A DNA stretch of 64,000 nt from Nitrososphaerota archaeon (GCA_028867755.1 JAGWFT010000001.1:67457-131456); one strand, 5' to 3'; shown: positions 10,573-20,748, counted from the first letter of the stretch. Made by a program: numbers and translations. Notes: generated by a model not told the origin, from the sequence alone.

Positions 10573-11459
10573 CTAGCATGAGGACAATTGTAAGCTTCAT
10601 CAGGGTTAAACAATGGTACAAAAATGTCATCATCTTTTTGCCATTGGTATTTTCTTTCAAGTTCTTTCTCCTTCCAGAATTTCTATTAACCGTTCTTGGT
10701 TTCATAGCTCTTTCTATGATCTCAAGCGCAATGTATGCTAGGAACGATATCAAGGATCTGGAAACGGATAAATCACATCCGTTAAAAAAACAGAGGGCTT
10801 TGCCGGCTGGACGGATCAATGTAAAACAGGCAGAGACGATTTTTGGAATACTTCTGGTTATAGGATTTGGAATTTCGATTCTACTTAACGTGTACTTTAC
10901 TTTATTGCTTGCAATATTTTTTGCAAATACAGAGATCTATTCAAGATGGACAAAAAACATCATATTTCTTGATGCATTTGCAATTGGAATTAACTTCATC
11001 ATAAGAGCAATGGCTGGAATTGTTTTGTTGCACACTCCTCTTTCTCCATGGATTATTCTAGGTGTATTCTTTGTGGCTTTGTTTCTTGCCTTTACGAAGA
11101 GAAAAGGAGAGCTCATCACCCTAGAAGAAAAAGCACACGAGCATCGAGTAACGCTCAAAGATTATTCATCTTTTTCACTAAATTCAGCACTCATAATCTC
11201 AGCAGTTATGATAATCGTGACTTATTCACTTTATGCAATGCATGGTCCAAATGGAGATTGGAGGTTAATTCTCACAGTACCATTCATAATATTTGTCATT
11301 TTCAGACATCTGTACCTTTCAGGTATAAATGATACACTTGCTCAGACAAATGAGGTTTTCAAAGACAAGCATTCCCTTGTAGCTATTATTGCTTATGCCA
11401 TTTTCACGATAATTTTGTTGTATATGGGACATTCTGAAATCTTTGGTGGCAATTTTTAA
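10569..11459 (+). CDS. ubiA: UbiA-family polyprenyl-phosphate phosphoribosyltransferase (DPPR synthase-like, Rv3806c/NoeC type)
   Basis: RVKQWYKN, NDIKDLETDKSHPLKKQRALPAG and KRKGEL match the DPPR-synthase subfamily motifs RxxQWxKN, NDxxDxExDxxHPxKxxRP and KRxxEL. Confidence 0.88.
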   Translation: MTSMRTIVSFIRVKQWYKNVIIFLPLVFSFKFFLLPEFLLTVLGFIALSMISSAMYARNDIKDLETDKSHPLKKQRALPAGRINVKQAETIFGILLVIGFGISILLNVYFTLLLAIFFANTEIYSRWTKNIIFLDAFAIGINFIIRAMAGIVLLHTPLSPWIILGVFFVALFLAFTKRKGELITLEEKAHEHRVTLKDYSSFSLNSALIISAVMIIVTYSLYAMHGPNGDWRLILTVPFIIFVIFRHLYLSGINDTLAQTNEVFKDKHSLVAIIAYAIFTIILLYMGHSEIFGGNF

Positions 11460-11491
11460 GGTTTATTAAAGAACTGCGGAAGTCACATGGT

Positions 11492-12484
11492 GTGTCTGAG
11501 AAATATTTGGTAACAGGAGCTCCCGGGTGGCTGTGCAATAGACTTGTTAAAGTAATGGGACAAAGTGAGATGAAAGTAAGATGCCTTGTACTGAAGGGGA
11601 TGAAGATAGAGCATCTAGAAGAATGTGGTGCTGAGATTTTTTATGGTAATGTATTGAACTTTGATTCCTTGCTTGAAGCAACAAAAGGTATTGATAAAGT
11701 AATTCATGCTGTAGGAGTTATACACCCAAAGAAAGCAAAGGACTTTTATGATCTAAATACGGGGGGCACAAAGAACATGTTGGAAGCAAGCTCTCAGAAC
11801 GGGGTAAAGAAATTCTTGTTTGTAAGCTCCAACTCTGCTCAAGGATACAATGCAGACAAGGACAAACCAATGACTGAAGAGGGGCTAGAGAGACCATACA
11901 CTGACTATGGCAAGAGCAAGTGGAAGGCAGAGCAAATAGTAAAGGAGTATCAGAAATCTGGAAAATTACAAACCGTGATTGTAAGGCCATGCTGGTTTTA
12001 CGGGCCAAATCCAGGACAGATCTTCATTGAACTTGCAAAATACATCAAAAAAGGAAAGCCCCCAATCTTTGGAGACGGACAGAACCTCCGCACAATGTCC
12101 TATATAGATAATACTGTTGATGGTATACTAAAGGCAATAGACTCAGACAAGACTAATGGACAGATATACTGGCTTGGTGATGAAAAACCATACAAACTGA
12201 TTGACATCTACTATGAGATGGCAAAGAATCTTGGGGTGGAGATCAAACCAACTTACATACCATGGTTCTTGTGCTGGCTAGCTGAGAAAATTGATCAATT
12301 TACTGGAAAATTTGGACAATATCACAAACACCTTCATGTTATGGGCGAAACTGGGCATTACATATGGTGTGACACGGCAAAAGCACAGCAAGACTTTGGA
12401 TACAAGCCAGGAATATCGTTGCAGGAAGGAATGAAAAGAACTATAGGCTCTATGCAAGAAGCTGGTATTCTTGATAAGATCTAA
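11492..12484 (+). CDS. NAD-dependent epimerase/dehydratase (extended SDR)
   Basis: LVTGAPGWLC (atypical glycine motif), YGKSK, RPCWFYGP. Confidence 0.85.
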   Translation: MSEKYLVTGAPGWLCNRLVKVMGQSEMKVRCLVLKGMKIEHLEECGAEIFYGNVLNFDSLLEATKGIDKVIHAVGVIHPKKAKDFYDLNTGGTKNMLEASSQNGVKKFLFVSSNSAQGYNADKDKPMTEEGLERPYTDYGKSKWKAEQIVKEYQKSGKLQTVIVRPCWFYGPNPGQIFIELAKYIKKGKPPIFGDGQNLRTMSYIDNTVDGILKAIDSDKTNGQIYWLGDEKPYKLIDIYYEMAKNLGVEIKPTYIPWFLCWLAEKIDQFTGKFGQYHKHLHVMGETGHYIWCDTAKAQQDFGYKPGISLQEGMKRTIGSMQEAGILDKI

Positions 12485-13508
12485 GCGGTGCCTTGTAACT
12501 GGTGGTTCTGGATTTGTTGGCACACATCTTGTAAAGAAACTTTTAGATCTTGGTAATGAGGTGAGAATTCTCGATATTACAGAACCTGACAAAGGGATTG
12601 GTTCTAAGGTTGAGTTTTTCAAAGGAGATATACGAAATACTGAGAAAGTAAAGACGGCCTGTAAAGATATAGATCATGTCTTTCATGCAGTTGCACTAGT
12701 CCCCATTTCAAAAGCTGATAAAATGTTTGATGAGGTCAATGCAGGTGGAACTAAAAATATCCTAGATGCTGCAATAGAGAATAAAGTAAAGTCAGTTTTA
12801 CACTTGTCATCTACCTCAGTATACAAGATCCCAAATAGAGGTATGGTGATGGATGAGAATTACCCTAGAGCCCCAGTTGGAGCATATGGCAGAGCAAAAT
12901 ATCTTGCAGAAGAGATCTGTTTTGAATATATGAAGAAAGGAGTTCCTATAACCATCATTAGGCCGAAAACAATTCTTGGGCAAAATAGACTAGGTATTTA
13001 CTCGCTTCTTTTTGAATGGATAATGAATGACAAGCCAATTTTTATTCTAGGAGATGGCAAGAATTTTTATTCTTATATTAGCATTTCAGATTTGGTAGAG
13101 GCCATTGTTCTTAGTGCGGAAAAAGGAATAAGAGAAGTCTTTAATATTGCTACAGACAAATACGGAACTTACCGTGGAGACATAGAAGATCTTATCAAAT
13201 ATGCACATAGTAGATCAAAAGTGTATTCTATAAATGCCAATCTCTGTCGTTTTATTTTAAAAGCTCTTGATAAGATGAACTTATCTCCCTTGTCAGAGTG
13301 GCATTATTCCATAATAGACAAGGAATACGTCTTTGACATATCAAAGGCAAAGAAGATTCTAGGATGGTCTCCAAGGGATAGTAATCAAAAAATGTTTCGA
13401 GAATCATATGATTGGTTTAAGGAAAATTATCACTCACTTCATAAGACTGGTACTACTCACAAGACAAAACTCAATCCCAAGATTTTTGGGGTTATTAACA
13501 AACTCTAA
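12471..13508 (+). CDS. NAD-dependent epimerase/dehydratase (extended SDR)
   Basis: LVTGGSGFVG, YGRAK. Confidence 0.88.
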   Translation: MIRSKRCLVTGGSGFVGTHLVKKLLDLGNEVRILDITEPDKGIGSKVEFFKGDIRNTEKVKTACKDIDHVFHAVALVPISKADKMFDEVNAGGTKNILDAAIENKVKSVLHLSSTSVYKIPNRGMVMDENYPRAPVGAYGRAKYLAEEICFEYMKKGVPITIIRPKTILGQNRLGIYSLLFEWIMNDKPIFILGDGKNFYSYISISDLVEAIVLSAEKGIREVFNIATDKYGTYRGDIEDLIKYAHSRSKVYSINANLCRFILKALDKMNLSPLSEWHYSIIDKEYVFDISKAKKILGWSPRDSNQKMFRESYDWFKENYHSLHKTGTTHKTKLNPKIFGVINKL

Positions 13509-13563
13509 TTTGAAAAACATCTTTTTCATCTCTAAAAATTCTACAATTTTAACAGTAGGTATA

Positions 13564-14058
13564 TCATAACCTATGACTGAATTCTTTTATCATTTGTAGT
13601 TGTGTACGATTAAAATAACAATAGGGTCTAGCCTTTCTTACGGTTTGTATAGCTTCATCTGTTTTTATGCCTTCGGAAATTAGGTACAATACTGCCATCA
13701 GTGGACCTCTTCCCCTTCCTAAATTACAATGAATGAATATTTTGGATCCTTGCATACGTTGATTTCTTATCCATGCTGTTGTATTAATTGCTTCATTTAG
13801 GTCTGGAATGCCACGATCTTGTACGGATAATCTGATATAGCTCATCCTAAATTTCTCAATCTCCGTAGGATCATCATGATCTTCAGCCCGCATGTCTACT
13901 ACTGCTACGATTCCCTCTTTTGCAAGGTATTCTATTTTTGATGCTCCTCCAACGCTCAGATTTTGATTAATAAATGATATATCTGGTTTTTTGCCAAGTG
14001 TCTTTCTATGAAACCGTACTGTTACGGCTCCAAGAAGATGATCGAAGGTACTAAACAT
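13564..14058 (-). CDS. Dual-specificity / cysteine-based phosphatase
   Basis: P-loop HCNLGRGR (CX5R), with the upstream acid-loop VQDRGIP. Confidence 0.88.
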   Translation of the reverse strand: MFSTFDHLLGAVTVRFHRKTLGKKPDISFINQNLSVGGASKIEYLAKEGIVAVVDMRAEDHDDPTEIEKFRMSYIRLSVQDRGIPDLNEAINTTAWIRNQRMQGSKIFIHCNLGRGRGPLMAVLYLISEGIKTDEAIQTVRKARPYCYFNRTQLQMIKEFSHRL

Positions 14059-14267
14059 GATTTCATCATAAAATTAACTAGATTTATTCCAAACTATGAG
14101 TCGTATTATATACTCGATACATGTTGATAACTTTTTGATACATTGATTCAGTATCAATGAGCATCTCAAACGTGAGTAAGAAAACAAAGACCATAAATCG
14201 TTTGGTGAAAAACAATGTTGTTGCCTTCTTAGTTTTCTTGTAAATCTAAATCCATTTTTAAGCAAAA

Positions 14268-15839
14268 TTAAACAATTTTAGTTACTTGTTTTGATTTGTC
14301 TTTTAGAAAAAATGGAATTAATACACCAATAGAAAGCATTATTATCATTACAATAACAAAAATCTGGTTGTAAGAATTGAATGGATGATTTTCCGGATGT
14401 GATAAAGGACCAATACTTGGTAAAATAAAATCAAATCCTTGATAAATTGTATGGACTAAATTGCCTTTAATTGGGTTATAACAACACTCAGCCAATCTGC
14501 CTCCGATAAAAGAAAAACTAAATACAAAAGATGCACCTATAACTGAAAAAATTGATATTAATATTCTGTATATCCAATTTTTTGAAAATTTTTGTAAACC
14601 CAAAGCAAATGGTATTGTCATCAGAGGAATTGTGGGTAAAAAGTATCTAAATGGAGAATCTATTGCATCCATAGAGCTGATGGGATTCATCCATGTATAT
14701 GATCCTATGTCTAATGCTGATATAATTATAATAGTAGTCAACAATAAGCGGTTTTTATTCAATACTGATTTAATCCCTAATACAGATAACATTACCACTG
14801 GTGAAAAAATAAATAATCCGTGATATTTTCCAAAAAATATTTCAATCAATTCAGGGATTGCCCAAGTTTTAGTGTCACCACCACCAAAAACTCCATAACC
14901 AGAATAACCATTACTGAATGGTGGGTTCAATAGAAAGTGCAATGGAGTAATTGCTCCTAATGAAAGTCTTGCTTCTGCTCCTCCTACGAGTGAATGATAC
15001 ATGTAAATATTATTTATTATTGCCAGACTTGTTAAAATTATGAAAAAACTCAAGAAGACCATGAAATTTTTTAAATTGATTTTATGCGTTAAAAGCAGTA
15101 AAAAAACTAGAGGAATCAGTGCTAGATCTAGTATAATAAAAAAGATTTTTAAAAAAAAACCAAATCCTACGAGTGCTCCTGCTGCAGCCATATGGACATT
15201 ATTCTGATTTTTTTCAAAAATTACATAAAGAATAACAATCAAAAATAATGTAATTACTACATCAGGATAGATTTGGTTAGACCATGTGAATAAAAGCGTA
15301 GAAAAACTGAAAATTATTGTAGTAAGAAAACCTATTTTGGGTGTAGAAAGATTAGATGTAAATTTGTAGATGAAAACTGAAGTCAAGCTAGATAATGCCG
15401 ACATTGTTACTAATGCACCAAAAACACCTGCAACCGCGTAACCTGGAACTAGCATAAAAGACACACCTGGACCTCCTCCCATCATCCAATGCCCATCATC
15501 TCGTTGAAAAGATTCCCAATAAGCAGAATTATTGTAATATACATGAGGCCATATCAATTTTGGATCTTGATGACTGAAGTATTCATCCATGTACACATTG
15601 TGACGTTGTATTATCTCTGACGTAACGGCTAGATAATGTGGTTCATCTCCTGTCACGACCCCACCGATAACAGGATAATCTAGGTGTATTTTTACCTCAT
15701 ATACGTCCACTGAGACAAATGCAGTTAATGTTATAATAAATACTAGTAGAATTCCTTTTTTTTCTACTATTTTCCAAAAACTGCTAATCTGTATTTTCAT
15801 TTTAAATAATCCAATTAGACATTTTATAAAATATTCCAA
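14268..15839 (-). CDS. Polytopic GT-C glycosyltransferase
   Basis: TGDEPHY motif after TM1, IYPD, FLK and RYFLP motifs, many TMs. Confidence 0.72.
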   Translation of the reverse strand: MEYFIKCLIGLFKMKIQISSFWKIVEKKGILLVFIITLTAFVSVDVYEVKIHLDYPVIGGVVTGDEPHYLAVTSEIIQRHNVYMDEYFSHQDPKLIWPHVYYNNSAYWESFQRDDGHWMMGGGPGVSFMLVPGYAVAGVFGALVTMSALSSLTSVFIYKFTSNLSTPKIGFLTTIIFSFSTLLFTWSNQIYPDVVITLFLIVILYVIFEKNQNNVHMAAAGALVGFGFFLKIFFIILDLALIPLVFLLLLTHKINLKNFMVFLSFFIILTSLAIINNIYMYHSLVGGAEARLSLGAITPLHFLLNPPFSNGYSGYGVFGGGDTKTWAIPELIEIFFGKYHGLFIFSPVVMLSVLGIKSVLNKNRLLLTTIIIISALDIGSYTWMNPISSMDAIDSPFRYFLPTIPLMTIPFALGLQKFSKNWIYRILISIFSVIGASFVFSFSFIGGRLAECCYNPIKGNLVHTIYQGFDFILPSIGPLSHPENHPFNSYNQIFVIVMIIMLSIGVLIPFFLKDKSKQVTKIV

Positions 15840-16117
15840 TATATAGGTAATAGACTGAAAAAGCGCTTACAATCTCCTGATTCCCATCTCAGAATTAATA
15901 GACTTAAGATATTTTTATCTGATAACTTAGAGAATATATTGCATACTTCATGAATTGAATAACTCTTTCCGGATCCTACGTTGCACACATTGAATTTTTT
16001 CGTTTTTCTTAAAATTAATTCAATTGCTATAACTGCATCTTTTACATGAAGAAAATCTCTTTTTGGATAAAGTACTTTTAGATTCATTTTGAAAATAATT
16101 GTAGTTTTATAAAACAA
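15824..16117 (-). pseudogene. C-terminal fragment of an NAD-dependent epimerase
   Basis: RDFLHVKDA...FNVCNVGSGKSYSIHEV is the SDR C-terminal signature. No Rossmann N-terminus; the frame degenerates afterwards. Confidence 0.8.
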
Positions 16118-16189
16118 GTAATTGTGATTTCAGTTCATTCTTTTACTAATTTTGTAGATTATTGAAATATACGACTTTATGTCAATGTC

Positions 16190-17209
16190 CTAATATCTGA
16201 GAATTATCCAAAGAATATTTAAACCTCCCTCCAAATTTTTAAGGAATTTATCAGAACCAACTTTCGATTCTCCAATTCTTTTCTTATATGTCACAGGAAC
16301 TTCAATAATTCTAAAATCTTTATCCAAACATTTAGTTGTTAAGAATACAATTTCAGCAATCCCCCCAATTGGTATGTCACTATCCGGAAAATTCAATTGA
16401 TCATGTATTTCTTCAATGACTTTCCTTCTGAAGATTCTTAGCATACATCCTTCGTCACTTATATTAAAAATTCCTAAATAAATAAAGTTCAGATATTTTA
16501 ATTGAAGTAATTTTGAAAAAAAATAATTCCCCCATATGTGTACTGCTGATTCTCGAAGATTTCCCTTTTCAGTCAGAATTTGTACTCGCCTCGAACCATT
16601 TACTACGTCACAATGGTCTAGATATGGTAACATTTTGTCTAAATCATATGCGCTATGAGTTCCATCTGCTTCAGTAAGAGCAATTACATTTGCATCTGTA
16701 TTCAGAGCTTCTTTTAGTCCGAGTACAATTGAATGTGCCATGCCTCTATTTTCAGTCTTTGTGATTACCTTTGCTCCACTTTGTCTAGCTAATTCGACGG
16801 TCTTGTCGCTACTGAAATTATCTATTACAATAACATGTTTGACAAATTTATGTCTAAGATGATCATCGACTACTTGTTGAATGGATAGTTCTTCGTTATA
16901 AGCAGGTATTACTACACAGATACGTGGGTTATCAATCCTATCGTATTGAAGAAAATGCTTTTCAGATTCTGTTCGATATTTCATCCTACTAAACAAATAG
17001 ATCAAAAATAAAATTATCCAAATGAAGTCTATTAATAATATCCATTTCAGATATTGCGTACTAACAAGAGTTATAATAAGACCTTTACCTTGTAGAAAAA
17101 ATTGTATTCCGTTAGTAATGAGTAGAATAAAGATTGAGAATACAGAATACAAATTTACAATAAAAATCGGGAAAAACGATATTACTAATACTTTAAAAAG
17201 TTTTGCCAT
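16190..17209 (-). CDS. GT2 glycosyltransferase (polyprenol-phosphate-sugar synthase-like) with N-terminal TM helices
   Basis: VIPAYNEE, IDNFSSDKT, EADGTH (DxD-like), IEVPVTY...GESK. Confidence 0.85.
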   Translation of the reverse strand: MAKLFKVLVISFFPIFIVNLYSVFSIFILLITNGIQFFLQGKGLIITLVSTQYLKWILLIDFIWIILFLIYLFSRMKYRTESEKHFLQYDRIDNPRICVVIPAYNEELSIQQVVDDHLRHKFVKHVIVIDNFSSDKTVELARQSGAKVITKTENRGMAHSIVLGLKEALNTDANVIALTEADGTHSAYDLDKMLPYLDHCDVVNGSRRVQILTEKGNLRESAVHIWGNYFFSKLLQLKYLNFIYLGIFNISDEGCMLRIFRRKVIEEIHDQLNFPDSDIPIGGIAEIVFLTTKCLDKDFRIIEVPVTYKKRIGESKVGSDKFLKNLEGGLNILWIILRY

Positions 17210-17382
17210 TAATATCCCAATAGGAACAGATTATTTAACACATACTTTTGGGGTGGTCGTTGCTTTTAGTGGGATGGTATACAGAATGATGGATGCAACT
17301 GTTAGAGTGATTGAGATTATGTATTAATTTTAAATGGTTTCTGTATAGCAATTCTGTTACTAACACATAAATAACAAATTTA

Positions 17383-18312
17383 GTGATAGTAAACGAAATT
17401 ATGAAATATAGAAAATTAGGAAAAACAGGATTAGAAGTATCTGTCGTCGGTTTAGGAACTGATCAGTTTTATGGAGAATGGGGACAAGAATTTACTCAAT
17501 CCATTATAGATAAAATAATTAAAAAAGCAAATGATCTTGGCATCAATTTAATTGATACAGCGGAGTGTTATGGTGATCATTTCTCAGAATCGCTAGTTGG
17601 AAATGCAATTGAACATAATAGAGAAGATTGGATCATTGCAACAAAATTTGGTCATAAATACAATGGCTTTCAACAAGAAAGAACTCGGCAATTTTCACCA
17701 AAAGAAGTGATTGATCAATTAGATAAATCATTAAAGGCGCTGAAAACTGATTATGTCGATATTTATCAATATCATAGTGTCACTAACAAGGAATTTGATA
17801 ATGAAGAGCTTTGGGCTGTTTTAGAAAAGAAAGTTCAAGAAGGTAAAATACGCCATCTGGGAAATGCACTAGAAGCACCAGCAGTCAATAACGATGACAT
17901 GTTTCAACTAGAACATGCAGAAAAAGCAAAAGTCGAAATGATACAAGTGGTTTATAATCGTATAAATAAAAAAGCAGAAGAGAAGGTGCTTCCTTTTTGT
18001 CAAAAACATAACATAGGAGCGATCGCTCGTATACCATTAGCTAGAGGACATCTTAGTGGCAAATATGACCTAAACGTAACTTTTCCATCAAATGATAGAC
18101 GATCTTTTGAAGATAAAGAACAAACACTTCGACAACTCAAATTTGTTCAGGAGCTTAAGCGCACCGAAGTACCAAAAGACATGAACATGGCACAATGGGC
18201 ACTTGGTTGGTGTCTTCAAAATCCAACCATTGCAGCTGTGATACCCGGGTGCAAGAATATAGAACAAGTAGAGATAAACGCAAAAGCTGCAGAATTAAAC
18301 ATGGTAAAGTAA
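17383..18312 (+). CDS. Aldo/keto reductase (likely start ATG 17401)
   Basis: LGKTGLEVSVVGLG, DTAECYG, ATKFG, SLKALKTDYVDIYQYH. Confidence 0.92.
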   Translation: MIVNEIMKYRKLGKTGLEVSVVGLGTDQFYGEWGQEFTQSIIDKIIKKANDLGINLIDTAECYGDHFSESLVGNAIEHNREDWIIATKFGHKYNGFQQERTRQFSPKEVIDQLDKSLKALKTDYVDIYQYHSVTNKEFDNEELWAVLEKKVQEGKIRHLGNALEAPAVNNDDMFQLEHAEKAKVEMIQVVYNRINKKAEEKVLPFCQKHNIGAIARIPLARGHLSGKYDLNVTFPSNDRRSFEDKEQTLRQLKFVQELKRTEVPKDMNMAQWALGWCLQNPTIAAVIPGCKNIEQVEINAKAAELNMVK

Positions 18313-18406
18313 AACCGTTTCATCATAATGGAGCATATCCAGAAACATTTCAGTTCATTTAACAAGCAGTAAACAATATATTCCGCATTATTTGCTCATG
18401 AAATAG

Positions 18407-19147
18407 TTGAATAAATTAGATGCAGTGACTAAATTTTTTGAAACAGACAAAATCTATCTAGATGAGCGTAAAAAACTTTCAGAAAAATATGGGAAGCGTG
18501 AAATGTGGGAAGTTATCGATCCTTGGCCTCTTTACTGTGGAATAGCTAATTTAGCAATCAAGTTATCAGTAGCAGATCTTTTGCGTTCAACGTTGGACGT
18601 GCCAGGTCATGTTGCTGAATTTGGTTCACGGCGCGGTGATAACCTTCTATTCATGGCTAAAATATTAAGAATTTATGATCCATACGGCAGTAAGGTAACC
18701 CACTGTTTTGATAGTTTTGAAGGATTAACGGAATTCTCAAAACAGGATAGTGTTTCACTAACCGATGCAAAGGACTTGTACAAGGCTTCGTATGAAGAAT
18801 TGCTAGATTTCATTTCGTTATATAAAATGAGTAATGAAATAGTTATTCATAAAGGTCTAATCGAGAAAACACTCCCTAAACTTTTGGAAGAAAATAAAGC
18901 TCTATCATTTTCTTTTGTTTATTGCGATACTGATTTGTATAGCTCTACAAAAATAATATTGGAAAGTTTGCATGATAGACTTTCAAAAGGCGGTTTGTTT
19001 GTATTAGATGAATGGAATCACGAACATTTTCATGGTGAAGGCGTAGCTGTCACTGAATTTTTAAAGGAATATGGACATAAATACAAAATGCATCATGTAA
19101 GAAATACAAGAAGACCCAATTTAGTCCTCGAAAAAATTGATTTTTAA
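18407..19147 (+). CDS. TylF/MycF/NovP-family sugar O-methyltransferase
   Basis: VPGHVAEFG, FDSFEG, CDTDLYSST, LDEW motifs. Confidence 0.85.
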   Translation: MNKLDAVTKFFETDKIYLDERKKLSEKYGKREMWEVIDPWPLYCGIANLAIKLSVADLLRSTLDVPGHVAEFGSRRGDNLLFMAKILRIYDPYGSKVTHCFDSFEGLTEFSKQDSVSLTDAKDLYKASYEELLDFISLYKMSNEIVIHKGLIEKTLPKLLEENKALSFSFVYCDTDLYSSTKIILESLHDRLSKGGLFVLDEWNHEHFHGEGVAVTEFLKEYGHKYKMHHVRNTRRPNLVLEKIDF

Positions 19148-19239
19148 TAGGATCTAAGATGATGTGTTTTGGGCCTAGATGGTAATTATCTAGTTACTAT
19201 ATTTTTAAAGCATGACAAAGGGAAGAAGGATGAAATAAC

Positions 19240-19674
19240 TTGAGCAATATACGTCATGTAGGATTAGTTGTTGCAGATATGGAAAAAGCTCTTGGATTTT
19301 ATCGTGATCTATTAGGCCTAAAAATATGTGGTACAACAGATGAAAAAGGAGATTACATAAATCAATTGCTAGCCAAGGAAAATATCGAATTAAAAACAAT
19401 CAAACTCTCTGCAGAGGATAATGCAACAAGAATTGAATTACTGAAGTTCTCTAATTCTAAATCCAATCAAACCAAAAAAATTGAATTATCTGACCCGGGT
19501 TTTACACACATAGCACTTACTGTAAACAATTTAGATGAAATATATTTACGCTTGCGAAAAGCTGGCATCCAATTCAACTGTCCTCCAAAATCCTCACTAA
19601 ATGGAAAATTAAAGATTACTTTTTGTAGAGACTTTGAAGGAAACTATTTGGAATTAACTGAAGAGATCTTATGA
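19240..19674 (+). CDS. VOC/glyoxalase-superfamily protein
   Basis: RHVGLVV, IELLKF, HIALTV, RDFEGNYLEL: two beta-alpha-beta-beta-beta units with His/Glu metal ligands. Confidence 0.88.
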   Translation: MSNIRHVGLVVADMEKALGFYRDLLGLKICGTTDEKGDYINQLLAKENIELKTIKLSAEDNATRIELLKFSNSKSNQTKKIELSDPGFTHIALTVNNLDEIYLRLRKAGIQFNCPPKSSLNGKLKITFCRDFEGNYLELTEEIL

Positions 19675-19731
19675 TACCAGATTTCTACTGTTCCAAGAAA
19701 GAGTTTAAAATTTCTTGTGTATTACGTCTTA

Positions 19732-20748
19732 TCATTTAACGAAATCATATAAGTTCATAACTTTTGGACCCTCATTTTGAAATTGAAATTCAATCTGCTT
19801 TAAACCAATATTTTTCATTTTTTCTATCAGTTTTTGTCGCTTTGACGATTCACAGTAAAATAGCATATGACCACCACCACCAGCTCCAGTCAATTTTCCA
19901 CCGATTGCACCATGCTTTAATGCCATATTGTAAATTCGATCTATGCGTTCATTTGTAACATTTTTTGTGAATTTCTTTTTTGCAGTCCAACCTTTGTGAA
20001 GTAGATCACCAAATGTTGTTATATCTGATTTTTTTAGTGATTTGTACATAATTTCTGCAAGATTTTTTACATAGTTTAATGAATCCATAGTATCTTTTTG
20101 ATTTTCCTTTATTAGATCAATTTGTGTTGAAAGTATTGTTGAGCTAGTTCTCGTATCTCCGATATAGAATAATACTAAATTTTGTTGAAGTTCTAAAAAT
20201 GATGCCTTATTCATTTTTATTGGTACAACATTTACGTTACCTTTTGCAAACTTGATGTAATTAAATCCACCAAACGCTGAAACATACTCATCTTGTTTTC
20301 CGATGGGCCATTTTAGAATATTTCTACCTATATGGTATGAAATTTCAGCAAGGCTTTCTTTCGTAATTTCTTGTCCTTTCAATGATGATATTGTTTTTAC
20401 AAGGTTTACTGCTAAGGCACTTGAAGACCCTAGTCCAGAGCCTGGAGGGACATCACTAGAAATTAAAAAATTTGCCCCTTCTCCATAATTGAGATATTTG
20501 ATTACGGTGACGAACAATTCCATTCCATGTTTAGATAATAGTTTATCATAACTAGTTAGCTCATGGTGTGATTGAAAATCAGATGAAAAAGCTTGAACCA
20601 AATTATCATGGCGTGGATTAATTATAACATAAGTAAATTTAGTTATAGCTGTAGAGAGGACGTTTCCACCATGTGTTTCATAATATTCAGGAATATCCGT
20701 ACCCCCTCCTGCAAAACTTATCCTGACAGGAGACATACCAAGAAACAT
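19732..20748 (-). CDS. hddA: GHMP kinase, D-glycero-alpha-D-manno-heptose-7-phosphate kinase-like
   Basis: PVRISFAGGGTD, PPGSGLGSSS, GKQD and GGKLTGAGGGG motifs; gmhA/gmhB are nearby. Confidence 0.8.
   Translation of the reverse strand: MFLGMSPVRISFAGGGTDIPEYYETHGGNVLSTAITKFTYVIINPRHDNLVQAFSSDFQSHHELTSYDKLLSKHGMELFVTVIKYLNYGEGANFLISSDVPPGSGLGSSSALAVNLVKTISSLKGQEITKESLAEISYHIGRNILKWPIGKQDEYVSAFGGFNYIKFAKGNVNVVPIKMNKASFLELQQNLVLFYIGDTRTSSTILSTQIDLIKENQKDTMDSLNYVKNLAEIMYKSLKKSDITTFGDLLHKGWTAKKKFTKNVTNERIDRIYNMALKHGAIGGKLTGAGGGGHMLFYCESSKRQKLIEKMKNIGLKQIEFQFQNEGPKVMNLYDFVK

Noticed and set aside
10569-11459. DGGGP synthase (archaeal lipid) or quinone prenyltransferase
   Set aside because: The motifs (QWYKN, DxxHPxKxxR, KRxxEL) and the presence of dprE1/dprE2 fit the DPPR-synthase subfamily better.
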